Below are positions 8,719-16,975 of a stretch of 64,000 bases of DNA, one piece after another. Each line of letters starts with the position of its first letter. Within the stretch, counting starts at the first letter, position 1. The notes under the pieces were generated by a model that saw only the letters and a program-made list of their open reading frames with translations, was not told the DNA's origin and did no database searches. A program made the position numbers and the translations under genes. Source of the stretch: Verrucomicrobiia bacterium (GTDB taxonomy: Bacteria > Verrucomicrobiota > Verrucomicrobiia > Limisphaerales > DASXHY01); NCBI GenBank assembly GCA_035629175.1, contig DASPIL010000001.1, forward strand, positions 65,318 to 129,317, in the 5' to 3' direction.

Positions 8719-9273
8719 ATGGAAACTATCGAAAAATCAATTGAGGTGGAGGCGCCCGTACGACAGGTCTACAATCAGTGGACGCAATTTGAAGAATTCC
8801 CGCACTTCATGGAAGGCGTGGAGGAAGTGCGTCAGTTGGACGACAAGCACCTGCACTGGGTGGCGAAGGTTGCGGGCCGCGTGAAAGAATGGGATGCCGA
8901 GATCCTCGAGCAAATCCCCGACGATCGCATCGCCTGGCGCAGTACGTCAGGAGCTCCGAATTCGGGCGTGGTTCATTTCCGCCCGGCCGACCAGAATCGC
9001 ACGGTGGTGACCTTGCGCCTGAGCTATGAACCCGAGGGGGCGATGGAAAACATTGGCAGCGCCATGGGGGTGCTTTCCGGGCGGGTGGAAGCCGACCTGA
9101 GGAAGTTTAAGGACTTCATCCAGCATCGCGGCACCGAAACGGGTTCCTGGCGCGGCGAGATTCGGCACGGCGACCTGCGCGGCTCGGCATCGCTGGACGC
9201 AGCCGGAACTTCAGACACCAGCCGTCCGCCCGGTTCGACATCGCGCGGGCCGGAAACGAGTTTTCCGGGATAA
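8719..9273 (+). CDS. SRPBCC (cyclase/dehydrase) family protein
   Basis: The N-terminal 145 aa (IEVEAPVRQVYNQWTQFEEFPHFMEGVEEV...WRSTSG..NSGVVHF) match the polyketide cyclase/SRPBCC pattern. ATG at 8719 chosen over TTG at 8710. Confidence 0.75.
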   Translation: METIEKSIEVEAPVRQVYNQWTQFEEFPHFMEGVEEVRQLDDKHLHWVAKVAGRVKEWDAEILEQIPDDRIAWRSTSGAPNSGVVHFRPADQNRTVVTLRLSYEPEGAMENIGSAMGVLSGRVEADLRKFKDFIQHRGTETGSWRGEIRHGDLRGSASLDAAGTSDTSRPPGSTSRGPETSFPG

Positions 9274-9373
9274 GCCCGCGGCAGGGGTGCGTTCAGCACA
9301 ATACCCCATATCGTCGTGCTTGACGCACTTTTACGATCACGCTGAGTTATTCACCCGCAAAGAAAGGAATTCT

Positions 9374-9685
9374 ATGGAAACACGAAGTGAGACAGACATT
9401 GAACGATCAACAGAGAAGCTTTTGCAGGATCTGCGCGAAGTGGTGCAGGACGGTGAGGAACTGCTGAAAGCGGGGGCCGAAGATTTGAGTGAGCGCGGTA
9501 ACGCGGCCCGGGAGAAGCTTGCGGCGGCACTGGAAGTGGCGCGTGAGACCCAGCGGCGCTTGCAGGAGCGCGCAATGGAGGGGGCGAAGGCTGCAGACCG
9601 AATGATCCGCGAGAATCCCTATCAATCCATTGGCGTTGCATTCGGCCTTGGTCTTTTGATCGGCGTCCTCGCAGGCCGCCGTTAA
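9374..9685 (+). CDS. DUF883/ElaB/YqjD-family membrane-anchored protein
   Basis: 103 aa. Helical N-terminus plus the characteristic C-terminal RENPYQSIGVAFGLGLLIGVLAGRR anchor. Confidence 0.75.
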   Translation: METRSETDIERSTEKLLQDLREVVQDGEELLKAGAEDLSERGNAAREKLAAALEVARETQRRLQERAMEGAKAADRMIRENPYQSIGVAFGLGLLIGVLAGRR

Positions 9686-9697
9686 CCCGCAACTGCC

Positions 9698-10087
9698 ATG
9701 AACCGATCGCATGACGATACAGGCCCTGGCCTGAGCACGCTGGTGCGGAAGACGATGGCGACAGGATTGGGTGCGCTGCAAAACCGCGGCGAACTGTTCA
9801 TGGTCGAGTTGCAGGAGGAGAAGGCGCGTTTGATTCAGCTGATCATCCGCGGGGTTCTGGCAGTGTTTCTCTCAATCATGACAGCTCTTCTGGTAACCGG
9901 TGCCGTGATCTTCGTGGTGCCGGAGGAATATCGCCTCTGGGCGGTTGGCGGCTTTGCGGTGCTATATCTTGCAGGAACGATCTGGGCCGTCATGAGCCTG
10001 AAAGCCTTGCTGAAGCGCGTACCTTTCGGCGACACGCTGAACGAATTCAAAAAGGACAGCGAACTCATGGAGGCATTCAGTGAATGA
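9698..10087 (+). CDS. YqjE-like (phage-holin-family/DUF1469) membrane protein
   Basis: 129 aa with two TM helices (GVLAVFLSIMTALLVTGAVIFVV, WAVGGFAVLYLAGTIWAVMSL). Gene order after the YqjD-like gene mirrors E. coli yqjD-yqjE-yqjK. Confidence 0.6.
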   Translation: MNRSHDDTGPGLSTLVRKTMATGLGALQNRGELFMVELQEEKARLIQLIIRGVLAVFLSIMTALLVTGAVIFVVPEEYRLWAVGGFAVLYLAGTIWAVMSLKALLKRVPFGDTLNEFKKDSELMEAFSE

Positions 10088-10421
10088 TCTGGAACGACGA
10101 AAGAAGCTGCTCATGGCAGAGGCGGCGGTATATCGGGAAACTCTGAAACTCGAATTCCAGAATTTCCGCATCTACGGGATTAAGACAAAACGCCGGATGA
10201 CTTCGTTCCGCGGAGGGAACCCGCTCCTGGCTTTTGGCATCCCGATGCTCACGTCGCTGATCGCAAAACGCCGCGGGGCGCGGAAATGGAGCGCACTGGC
10301 GTTCCTCGGATGGCAGATGGTGAGCAAACTGGGACCCGTTCTCGCATCGAGATCGCGACGCCGGATGCTCGACGGCGACGAAGTCATTGCTGCGGAGGAT
10401 TACCTTGAACGACGAATGTAA
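10080..10421 (+). CDS. YqjK-like protein
   Basis: 113 aa with a GTG start overlapping the preceding stop. N-terminal coiled-coil segment (ERRKKLLMAEAAVYRETLKLEF) then a hydrophobic segment. Assigned mainly by position. Confidence 0.4.
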   Translation: MNDLERRKKLLMAEAAVYRETLKLEFQNFRIYGIKTKRRMTSFRGGNPLLAFGIPMLTSLIAKRRGARKWSALAFLGWQMVSKLGPVLASRSRRRMLDGDEVIAAEDYLERRM

Positions 10422-10766
10422 CGAGCCAAGCACAACGTAATATGACAGCAAACAAAGGACGACCGGGCGGCAAGCCCACTCTCACGAGAACGCGTTCGCG
10501 CCGCGCTGCTGGAAAACAGAAGCTGGCGCAGTCTGAGTCTGGCACAGGGATGGAAAGATCGAGACGGCAGAGTTCGGGCGTGAAGCCCGCGGGCCGCGGG
10601 GGCGCCCGCCAGCGTGCCGGGGGACCGAATCACCGTGGTGCCGGAGCGCGCGAAGACAAAAATCCGTGACAGCGTTTTGGGGTTTTGACCCTACTGACAA
10701 TGAATGCTCGTCACGTAGGTTGGAGCGAGTGAGGAACAAGTAACAACCAACAAGTACGACATAACT

Positions 10767-11348
10767 ATGAAAATAACGAAAATCCTGACAGTTGCTGCTG
10801 CGGTAACGCTGGTCGGGCAGGTCGCCCAGGCGCAGGATACCGCACACGTCTGGAACGATCCCCGCGGCTGGTGGGGAAACCACTTCGTGTACGACGCCCA
10901 AAATACTTCGAAGTTCACGGCGCACGAACTGAACCTCGATTTGTTCGGCAGCTACTGGGCCGGCCAGGAAAAAGTCGAAGATGTGTTTGACACAAACATT
11001 CGCCGGGGCACATGGGGTGGCGGCATCGGATTGAATTACTTCCTGACCCGGGAAATCGGGTTCGGTGGTGACCTCAATATTTCCGATAACGATGGCAACT
11101 TCATCGACAGTGCCTCAGGCAGCTTGATCGCGCGGTTCCCGATCGAGTCCGTCGGGTTGGCCCCGTACATCTTTGGCGGCGGCACGCGGTTGACGGACAG
11201 GCATTGGGAATGGGCAGGCCACGCAGGAATTGGACTTGAATTCAGGCCTAACCCGATCACCGGCATCTTTGCGGACGCCCGGTATTTGTGGCCCGATGAC
11301 AGCGGCGACAGCTTGCTGTTGCGCGCGGGACTGCGCCTGGTGTTCTGA
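10767..11348 (+). CDS. Outer-membrane beta-barrel protein (OmpW/OmpA-beta-barrel-like)
   Basis: Signal peptide [22 protein letters not shown], alternating beta-strand pattern, and C-terminal [11 protein letters not shown] ending in Phe. Confidence 0.65.
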   Translation: MKITKILTVAAAVTLVGQVAQAQDTAHVWNDPRGWWGNHFVYDAQNTSKFTAHELNLDLFGSYWAGQEKVEDVFDTNIRRGTWGGGIGLNYFLTREIGFGGDLNISDNDGNFIDSASGSLIARFPIESVGLAPYIFGGGTRLTDRHWEWAGHAGIGLEFRPNPITGIFADARYLWPDDSGDSLLLRAGLRLVF

Positions 11349-11415
11349 TCGGCCTGGCCTCTTCGCAACACGGCGCCTTGCGGCGCGTTTAGTTTGAACT
11401 ACTCCAGTTAGTTCG

Positions 11416-11443
11416 GCGTCGGACTTCGGTCCGGCGCTTTTTT
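11416..11443 (+). terminator. Rho-independent terminator of the OMP gene
   Basis: 9-bp stem GCGTCGGAC/GTCCGGCGC with a TTCG tetraloop, followed by TTTTTT. Confidence 0.7.
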
Positions 11444-11447
11444 CTTT

Positions 11448-13350
11448 GTGCGCCCGGCAGGGCGCACTGACTAGTTGGTTAAAGTCCAACGCAGGCCCGG
11501 CAAGGGGAACTGCTAGCCGAACAGCAAGGGTGTCCGCCGCGAGGTGGAATCTGAAGGAAGCTGTAAGCAAAGCGCTGGTCTGACGAACAGAAACCCGATA
11601 CGAGGCGAAACGCGACGGACAAGAGGGCAAAATGACTCAAAGTCCAGTTCTTGCACGGAAGTCGCGAGCGTATATCGGGCGGACATAAGCGTGGAAGTCA
11701 GTGCGCATTACCCGGGGAGATCTCCAGTGGTTGCGATAAAGCTAGCGTGGCCGAAAGGTCGCGACGATGCCGCTGGAGAAGTCAGCAGAAGCCGTAGTAG
11801 GCGGGCCTTGTGTCGCCGAAGGGCTGAACAGAAAGACAGGAACGGAAGCCTTGGTTTTCGATGGAAGAAGCAGCGCCAGAAAAGACGATTGAGATATCGG
11901 AAGTTGATCTGCACGGTTCCAGCCGGAAGCTGCGAAGGATGCAGGTCAGCGGCGCAAACTTCCCGGGAACCGAGGAACAAGCCGATCCCAGAAAGCCAGA
12001 CCTCATCGAGACGATGCTCGAACGAGGCAACCTGATCCGGGCTTTGCAGGCCGTGGAGCGCAACGCCGGTGCCGGGGGAATCGACGGCATGGAAACGAGC
12101 CAGCTCCGCCGGTATCTGCTGGAGCACTGGGACAGGGTCAAAGAGCAAATCCTCAAGGGCACTTACCATCCACGCCCCGTGCGGCGGGTGGACATACCCA
12201 AAGCCGGAGGAGGCACACGCATGCTGGGCATACCGACCGTTTTGGATCGGTTCATCCAGCAAGCGATCCATCAAACACTGGGTCCGATATGGGAGCGGGT
12301 GTTTTCGGCGCACAGCTACGGGTTTCGGCCCGGACGCAGTGCGCAGCAGGCGATCAAAGCAGCTCAAAGACACGTTCGCTCCGGCAAGCGCTGGGTTGTG
12401 GACATGGATTTGGAAAAGTTCTTTGATCGGGTCAACCACGACGCATTGATGGCGCGGGTGGCGAGGCGGGTCAAAGACGAGCGAATGCTCCGCTTGATCC
12501 GACGCTATCTCGAAAGTGGGATCATGCTGGGAGGAATAGTGGAGCAGCGCGTGGAAGGCACGCCGCAAGGCGGACCGCTTTCACCGCTGCTCTCGAACAT
12601 CCTTCTGGATGATCTGGACAAGGAACTGCAAAGGCGTGGGCATCGGTTCTGTCGGTATGCCGACGACTGCAACATCTACGTAGGCAGTCGGCGGGCCGGA
12701 GAACGGGTGATGCAATCGCTCACTGTGTTCCTGCGGGAGAAACTCAAGCTCACGGTCAACCAGCTCAAGAGCGCAGTGGAGCGTCCATGGAAAAGAAAGT
12801 TCCTGGGCTATTCACTGACGGCGGAGAAGGAAAGCCGGGTGCGAGTGGCGCCGCAAAGCGTGGAACGGTTCAAAGACAAGATGCGGGAGAAGTTCCGAGC
12901 CGGAAGAGGCCGCAACCTGCGGAAGCTCCTCGAAGAACTGAAACCGCTGTTGCGCGGCTGGGCCAGCTACTTCAGTGTGGTTCAAACGCGCAACGTGTTC
13001 GAAGAACTGGACCAGTGGATACGCAGGAAACTGCGTTGCCTGGAATGGAGAAAATGGAAGCGCGGCAGGACGCGATGCAAACGGCTGATCGCTTTGGGAC
13101 TGGACGGGAATGTAGCCCGGGCCAGTGCCTTCAATGGCCATGGACCATGGTGGAATGCCGGAGCGTCACACATGAATGCGGCGCTGCCGACCGCCTATTT
13201 TCGGCGGCTGGGCTTGCAGTTGCTGGGTGAGGAAGTGGTCAGGCAGACTGCGCTGCGAGCAGCCAAGTCTTTGTGAACCGCCGTGATACGGAACCGTACG
13301 TCCGGTGGTGTGGGAGGACGGTGAGGTTTATCCCTCACCTCCTACCCGAT
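11448..13350 (+). mobile_element. Group II intron, bacterial class C-like, with intact IEP
   Basis: The 5' end GTGCG lies 10 nt after the terminator stem. A domain V-like hairpin at 13277-13309 has CGC at the catalytic-triad position with a G-U wobble. A domain VI-like hairpin has a bulged A at 13344, 7 nt before a terminal AT. Boundaries are accurate to about 10 nt. Confidence 0.75.
11861..13276 (+). CDS. ltrA: Group II intron reverse transcriptase/maturase (no endonuclease domain visible)
   Basis: RT blocks are present (GIPTVLDRFIQQA, YGFRPGRSAQQA, DLEKFFDRVNHD, PQGGPLSPLLSNILL, FCRYADDCNIYV), as is the maturase X motif (LLRGWASYF). No HNH motif after domain X. Confidence 0.95.
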   Translation: MEEAAPEKTIEISEVDLHGSSRKLRRMQVSGANFPGTEEQADPRKPDLIETMLERGNLIRALQAVERNAGAGGIDGMETSQLRRYLLEHWDRVKEQILKGTYHPRPVRRVDIPKAGGGTRMLGIPTVLDRFIQQAIHQTLGPIWERVFSAHSYGFRPGRSAQQAIKAAQRHVRSGKRWVVDMDLEKFFDRVNHDALMARVARRVKDERMLRLIRRYLESGIMLGGIVEQRVEGTPQGGPLSPLLSNILLDDLDKELQRRGHRFCRYADDCNIYVGSRRAGERVMQSLTVFLREKLKLTVNQLKSAVERPWKRKFLGYSLTAEKESRVRVAPQSVERFKDKMREKFRAGRGRNLRKLLEELKPLLRGWASYFSVVQTRNVFEELDQWIRRKLRCLEWRKWKRGRTRCKRLIALGLDGNVARASAFNGHGPWWNAGASHMNAALPTAYFRRLGLQLLGEEVVRQTALRAAKSL

Positions 13351-13399
13351 TCCAGAATCACATTGCCGGGCGCTTTGTTTTTAGGGTAAGACGGGGTGC

Positions 13400-14056
13400 G
13401 TGAGGAATTCTGGTGACAGCCGCTCCCGCAGCGTTCGGCCCAAGGCTTTCAGCAAGGTTCCGCTTTCCCGTCCCGCCTGCAGCGGCTTTTCCCTCGTTGA
13501 ACTCCTCATCACGCTGGCGCTTTTGATCGTCATGTCCGTGATGCTCTGGGGATTTGGATCGCCCAGCAACCAGCAAAAGCAAAAGCGCCGCTGCCGTGAA
13601 AATCTTCAGAAGCTCTATCTGGCGATGGAGATTTACGCCCGCGACTTTCAAGGGGACTTTCCGTTTGTGTCGGACGCAACCACGCCGGCCGGCGCCTTGC
13701 ACGTGCTGGTCCCCAAATACAGCGTGGACACCAGCATCTTCATTTGTCCGGGCAGCAAGGACGCCGCGCTGCCCGCCGGGGAATCCATCCGGAATCGCCA
13801 CATCAGCTACTCCTATTACATGGGGCGTCGCGCGGATAAAGGGAGTGAAGTGCTCTTGTCAGATGAGCAGGTGAACGCGCAGAGCAAGGCCTTGCAGACA
13901 GCGGTGTTCTCCGCGAACGGCAAAGCGCCGGGAAACAATCATCATGAATTCGGCGGAAATTTCCTTTTCACGGATGGGCGCCTGGAGACGAGTTCTGCTG
14001 TGTCGCCGTTCGATCTTAGCTTCGGCCCGAAGGTCGTGTTGTTGAACCCTGATTGA
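13400..14056 (+). CDS. Prepilin-type N-terminal cleavage/methylation domain protein with C-terminal H-X9-DG motif
   Basis: Class III signal G/FSLVELLITLALLIVMS. The C-terminal HEFGGNFLFTDG fits H-X9-DG. GTG start; no in-frame ATG lies upstream of the pilin motif. Confidence 0.8.
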   Translation: MRNSGDSRSRSVRPKAFSKVPLSRPACSGFSLVELLITLALLIVMSVMLWGFGSPSNQQKQKRRCRENLQKLYLAMEIYARDFQGDFPFVSDATTPAGALHVLVPKYSVDTSIFICPGSKDAALPAGESIRNRHISYSYYMGRRADKGSEVLLSDEQVNAQSKALQTAVFSANGKAPGNNHHEFGGNFLFTDGRLETSSAVSPFDLSFGPKVVLLNPD

Positions 14057-14060
14057 TCCT

Positions 14061-16469
14061 ATGAAAATCCTCTGTTCCTGCGGCGCGAAATTTGTCATCG
14101 ACGTCACACCGGAAATGGAGCGGCAGCCGGTGCAATTCATCTGTCCCGCGTGCGGCCTGGATTCATCTACAGCGGTTAACCAGCTGATTCAACAGGAGCT
14201 TTCTGCAGCCACAATATCCGCCGAACCGTCGAGCATCGTGGGTTCTCCAGCGAACCCGGAGCCTCCCAGCGCCGCGCCCCGGCTTGCTGCTCCGCGGATT
14301 CACGTCGCCCTTTCTGAACCGGCCAAGGCCGCAACGCTTGAGGATCCTGCGCCGGGCGGGTCGTGCGTCAAACACGCCGGGCAACCGATCGCTCACCAGT
14401 GCCTCGTTTGCAGCAAGGCAATGTGCCCCAAATGCATGGAACTGTTTGGTTACGTCTGCTCTCCATTCTGCCGGTCCCGAGCCGAAGCGCGAAAAATGAA
14501 GGTGCCTGTGTATGCGGGCCAGAAGTCTGTCAGTGAAGCGCGGTTGTGGAGGAAAGTCGGATGGGTGACTGCGGCCGTGGCGGGAATGATTGGGCTGCTG
14601 CTGGGTTCGTGGGTTTATTATGAATGGTTCGCCTCCCGCCCGAGCCCGCACTTTGCAGTTCAATTTCCCGATGGCGTCTTCAACGCACAAACCGAGTTCT
14701 GCGGGCCCGATCAAATGATATTCCTCCATGGCGTGACGCTGTCTCGTTACGATCTCAAGGGTAAGAAGGAGGTCTGGGCGCGCGAGTTGATATCCGCAAG
14801 CCGGCTGCAGGAATTCAAAGAGCAGGAAAACCGCAACGTGGAGGCGTTCTTCAAATCCGTCCGCGAAGCCGGCTGGGATCGAATCCCCGCTCCTCCCACC
14901 GAAGAGGACATGATGGAGCGAACCTATGAGGCGGCGGCGGATTCGTTCGATGTTTTCGTTCAAGGATCCAACGTGTGGCTGAATTTTGGGGATTCCGGAA
15001 AACTGGTGCTCTTGAATTGGGAGACAGGTGCGGATGAAAAAGAGATTGCCGTGCCTGGACACGGCCAGGCCGTTTCCCGTGCATCGGAAAAATTGACGAT
15101 CCGGGCCGGCAACGATGTGGGGCAGCGCCTGATCACGCATGTGAACCTGGCAAGCGGGGAGCATCGCATGGAGACGGTGGGTGAACCCGTTCAGGCGGCG
15201 GCAGCGGGACAACGGGCAGCCGGCCGGCCCGCGGCGCCGGGCCGGATTGCGGTCTCTGTCCCGGCGGGCGCCGGATTGCCGGGAAGCGCTGGAGCGGATC
15301 GTCGGGTACCGATGGACCCCGCCCGCGTGGCTGCGGACGCCCAACGTTTGTCGCTGCCGGAGAAGATCGCGCTCCCTGCAATCGTGGCGAATGCCATGAA
15401 CCAGGAAAGGATCTTTCGCGAACTTGACGGGGACGAACCCGATCCTGTGCAGCTGCGCCGCGTTTTTGGAGGTGCGATCACGCCGGGAGACAGCGTTACG
15501 TTTGTTCCAAATCCAAATGGAGATTACGGCTTTGCGGTCCGGCTGCTGGAGGAACGCCTTGTCGAACGGGTCGCGATGAAAGAGGCGCCGAAGACCTCCG
15601 CGTTGGACGGGGAAGTGAATGCGTCCAAGACGCAGGAAATTGCGAACGAGCTGCTGAACGAAATGCAGCGCAATCGCGGCGGAGACAAGGTTGTTGAGAA
15701 CGAAAGCCGTTATCGGGTGACGGTCCACGCCATGGACGGCGGCGCGCCTGATTGGAGTGGAGAAGTGATCGGAAGGCCGCGTTTGTTGCCCCTGCAGACG
15801 ATCACGCTCGTCGCGGGCAACAAATCGATCATCGCCCTCGATCGAAAAAACAAAAAGCTTTGGGAGGCGTCGTTCGCCAACAATCTTTCAGGCGGTGGCG
15901 AATTGGGTGATGACGAATCCATGCATGGACAGCTTCCGTGCGCTGAGCGCGACGGCCGGATTTATATCTGCGACCTTGCCATGCTGACGAGCGTTGATGC
16001 GGCGTCGGGCAACGTTCATTGGCGGCTTCCCACGGTGGGGATAGCGGGATTGTTGTTCGATCACGAGGGAATGCTCTACGTCAACACAACGACTGCCAGT
16101 CCCGAATCCATACGCTATTCGCGGCAGATTGATGTGACGAGCAGCGCAAGTGCGGTCATCGTGAAGGTGGATTCCAAAACCGGCAAATCGCTCTGGAGCA
16201 CGCAGGCAGGCGGCTTTATTTCGTATCTCTCCGGAAAATTCCTTTACGTCGCGAGCTGGAACGACGCGGATGACCTCAAGGACAGCCCCTTTGCGACAGG
16301 CATGGAAACACCGTCGTATGTGCGGATCAAGCGGCTGGATCCTGACGACGGCCGGATCCGCTGGGACCACTACCAGAAGCGCGCGCCGCTGGGCGTGCAT
16401 TTCAAGGACAACCACATACAGATCATCTTCAAGAAGGAGATGCAGGTGTTGAAGTACTTCACGTTTTGA
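14061..16469 (+). CDS. Membrane protein: N-terminal zinc ribbon plus B-box-like Cys cluster, one TM, C-terminal PQQ-like beta-propeller repeats
   Basis: CSCG...CPACG, then CVKH...CLVCSKAMCPKC...CSPFC. TM helix WVTAAVAGMIGLLLGSWVYY. C-terminal repeats (ALDRKNKKLWE, VDAASGNVHWR, VDSKTGKSLWS) are typical of BamB/PQQ-like propellers. Confidence 0.7.
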   Translation: MKILCSCGAKFVIDVTPEMERQPVQFICPACGLDSSTAVNQLIQQELSAATISAEPSSIVGSPANPEPPSAAPRLAAPRIHVALSEPAKAATLEDPAPGGSCVKHAGQPIAHQCLVCSKAMCPKCMELFGYVCSPFCRSRAEARKMKVPVYAGQKSVSEARLWRKVGWVTAAVAGMIGLLLGSWVYYEWFASRPSPHFAVQFPDGVFNAQTEFCGPDQMIFLHGVTLSRYDLKGKKEVWARELISASRLQEFKEQENRNVEAFFKSVREAGWDRIPAPPTEEDMMERTYEAAADSFDVFVQGSNVWLNFGDSGKLVLLNWETGADEKEIAVPGHGQAVSRASEKLTIRAGNDVGQRLITHVNLASGEHRMETVGEPVQAAAAGQRAAGRPAAPGRIAVSVPAGAGLPGSAGADRRVPMDPARVAADAQRLSLPEKIALPAIVANAMNQERIFRELDGDEPDPVQLRRVFGGAITPGDSVTFVPNPNGDYGFAVRLLEERLVERVAMKEAPKTSALDGEVNASKTQEIANELLNEMQRNRGGDKVVENESRYRVTVHAMDGGAPDWSGEVIGRPRLLPLQTITLVAGNKSIIALDRKNKKLWEASFANNLSGGGELGDDESMHGQLPCAERDGRIYICDLAMLTSVDAASGNVHWRLPTVGIAGLLFDHEGMLYVNTTTASPESIRYSRQIDVTSSASAVIVKVDSKTGKSLWSTQAGGFISYLSGKFLYVASWNDADDLKDSPFATGMETPSYVRIKRLDPDDGRIRWDHYQKRAPLGVHFKDNHIQIIFKKEMQVLKYFTF

Positions 16470-16497
16470 AGTTCTTGATCCCCGACCGTGCCCGTCC

Positions 16498-16944
16498 TCA
16501 GTTCAGGGACGGCGCCTTGCGGTATCCGTCGAGCCAATGGAACAGGCTCAACACCGGATGCGTCCAAAGCATTCGAGGCCCCGCGTAGCGCATGATCACC
16601 TTCACCTGGTCACGATGGTGGCGTTGATAGCAATGGACGGGGCAATTGGCGCAGGTCGGCTTTTCGGCTCCGAAACGGCAGCGGTCGAGACGATTGGCGG
16701 CGTAATCAGTGAAATCCTGGCACTCGTCGCAGAGCACGTCACCTTTCCCGTGCTTTCCGCGGCAATAAATACGGATCATCGCCAGCATCGTTTTCCATCC
16801 CCGGGCAAGGCGGCGGTCGGTGAAACGATCGCTGTGGTCGGTCGTGTTCCGGGCGAATTCCGCGCCCGATGCCGTTCGGGATGCATTCATGTTCACGCGC
16901 TCATTGTGGAGGAGCCGGGCTTCCTTCGCTTTGATCCCGGTCAA
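16498..16944 (-). CDS. Nitrous-oxide-stimulated promoter (YgbA) family Cys-rich protein
   Basis: Core MIRIYCRGKHG...LCDECQDFTDYAANRLDRCRFGAEKPTCANCPVHCY matches the YgbA_NO family pattern. The start may instead be the Met at 16890. Confidence 0.65.
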   Translation of the reverse strand: MTGIKAKEARLLHNERVNMNASRTASGAEFARNTTDHSDRFTDRRLARGWKTMLAMIRIYCRGKHGKGDVLCDECQDFTDYAANRLDRCRFGAEKPTCANCPVHCYQRHHRDQVKVIMRYAGPRMLWTHPVLSLFHWLDGYRKAPSLN

Positions 16945-16975
16945 ATGTTTTCGGTGGAAACCAGAGGCGGGGTTG

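Noticed and set aside
10442-10669. 75-aa Arg/Gly-rich ORF after the YqjK-like gene.
   Set aside because: It has extreme basic low-complexity composition, no ribosome-binding context and no recognisable fold. It could be real but is unsupported.
11861-13276. Reverse transcriptase as a retron, DGR or Abi-type defence RT.
   Set aside because: It has a maturase X domain (RGWASYF). It is embedded in RNA with a GTGCG 5' end and domain V/VI-like hairpins. This is diagnostic of a group II intron IEP rather than a defence RT.
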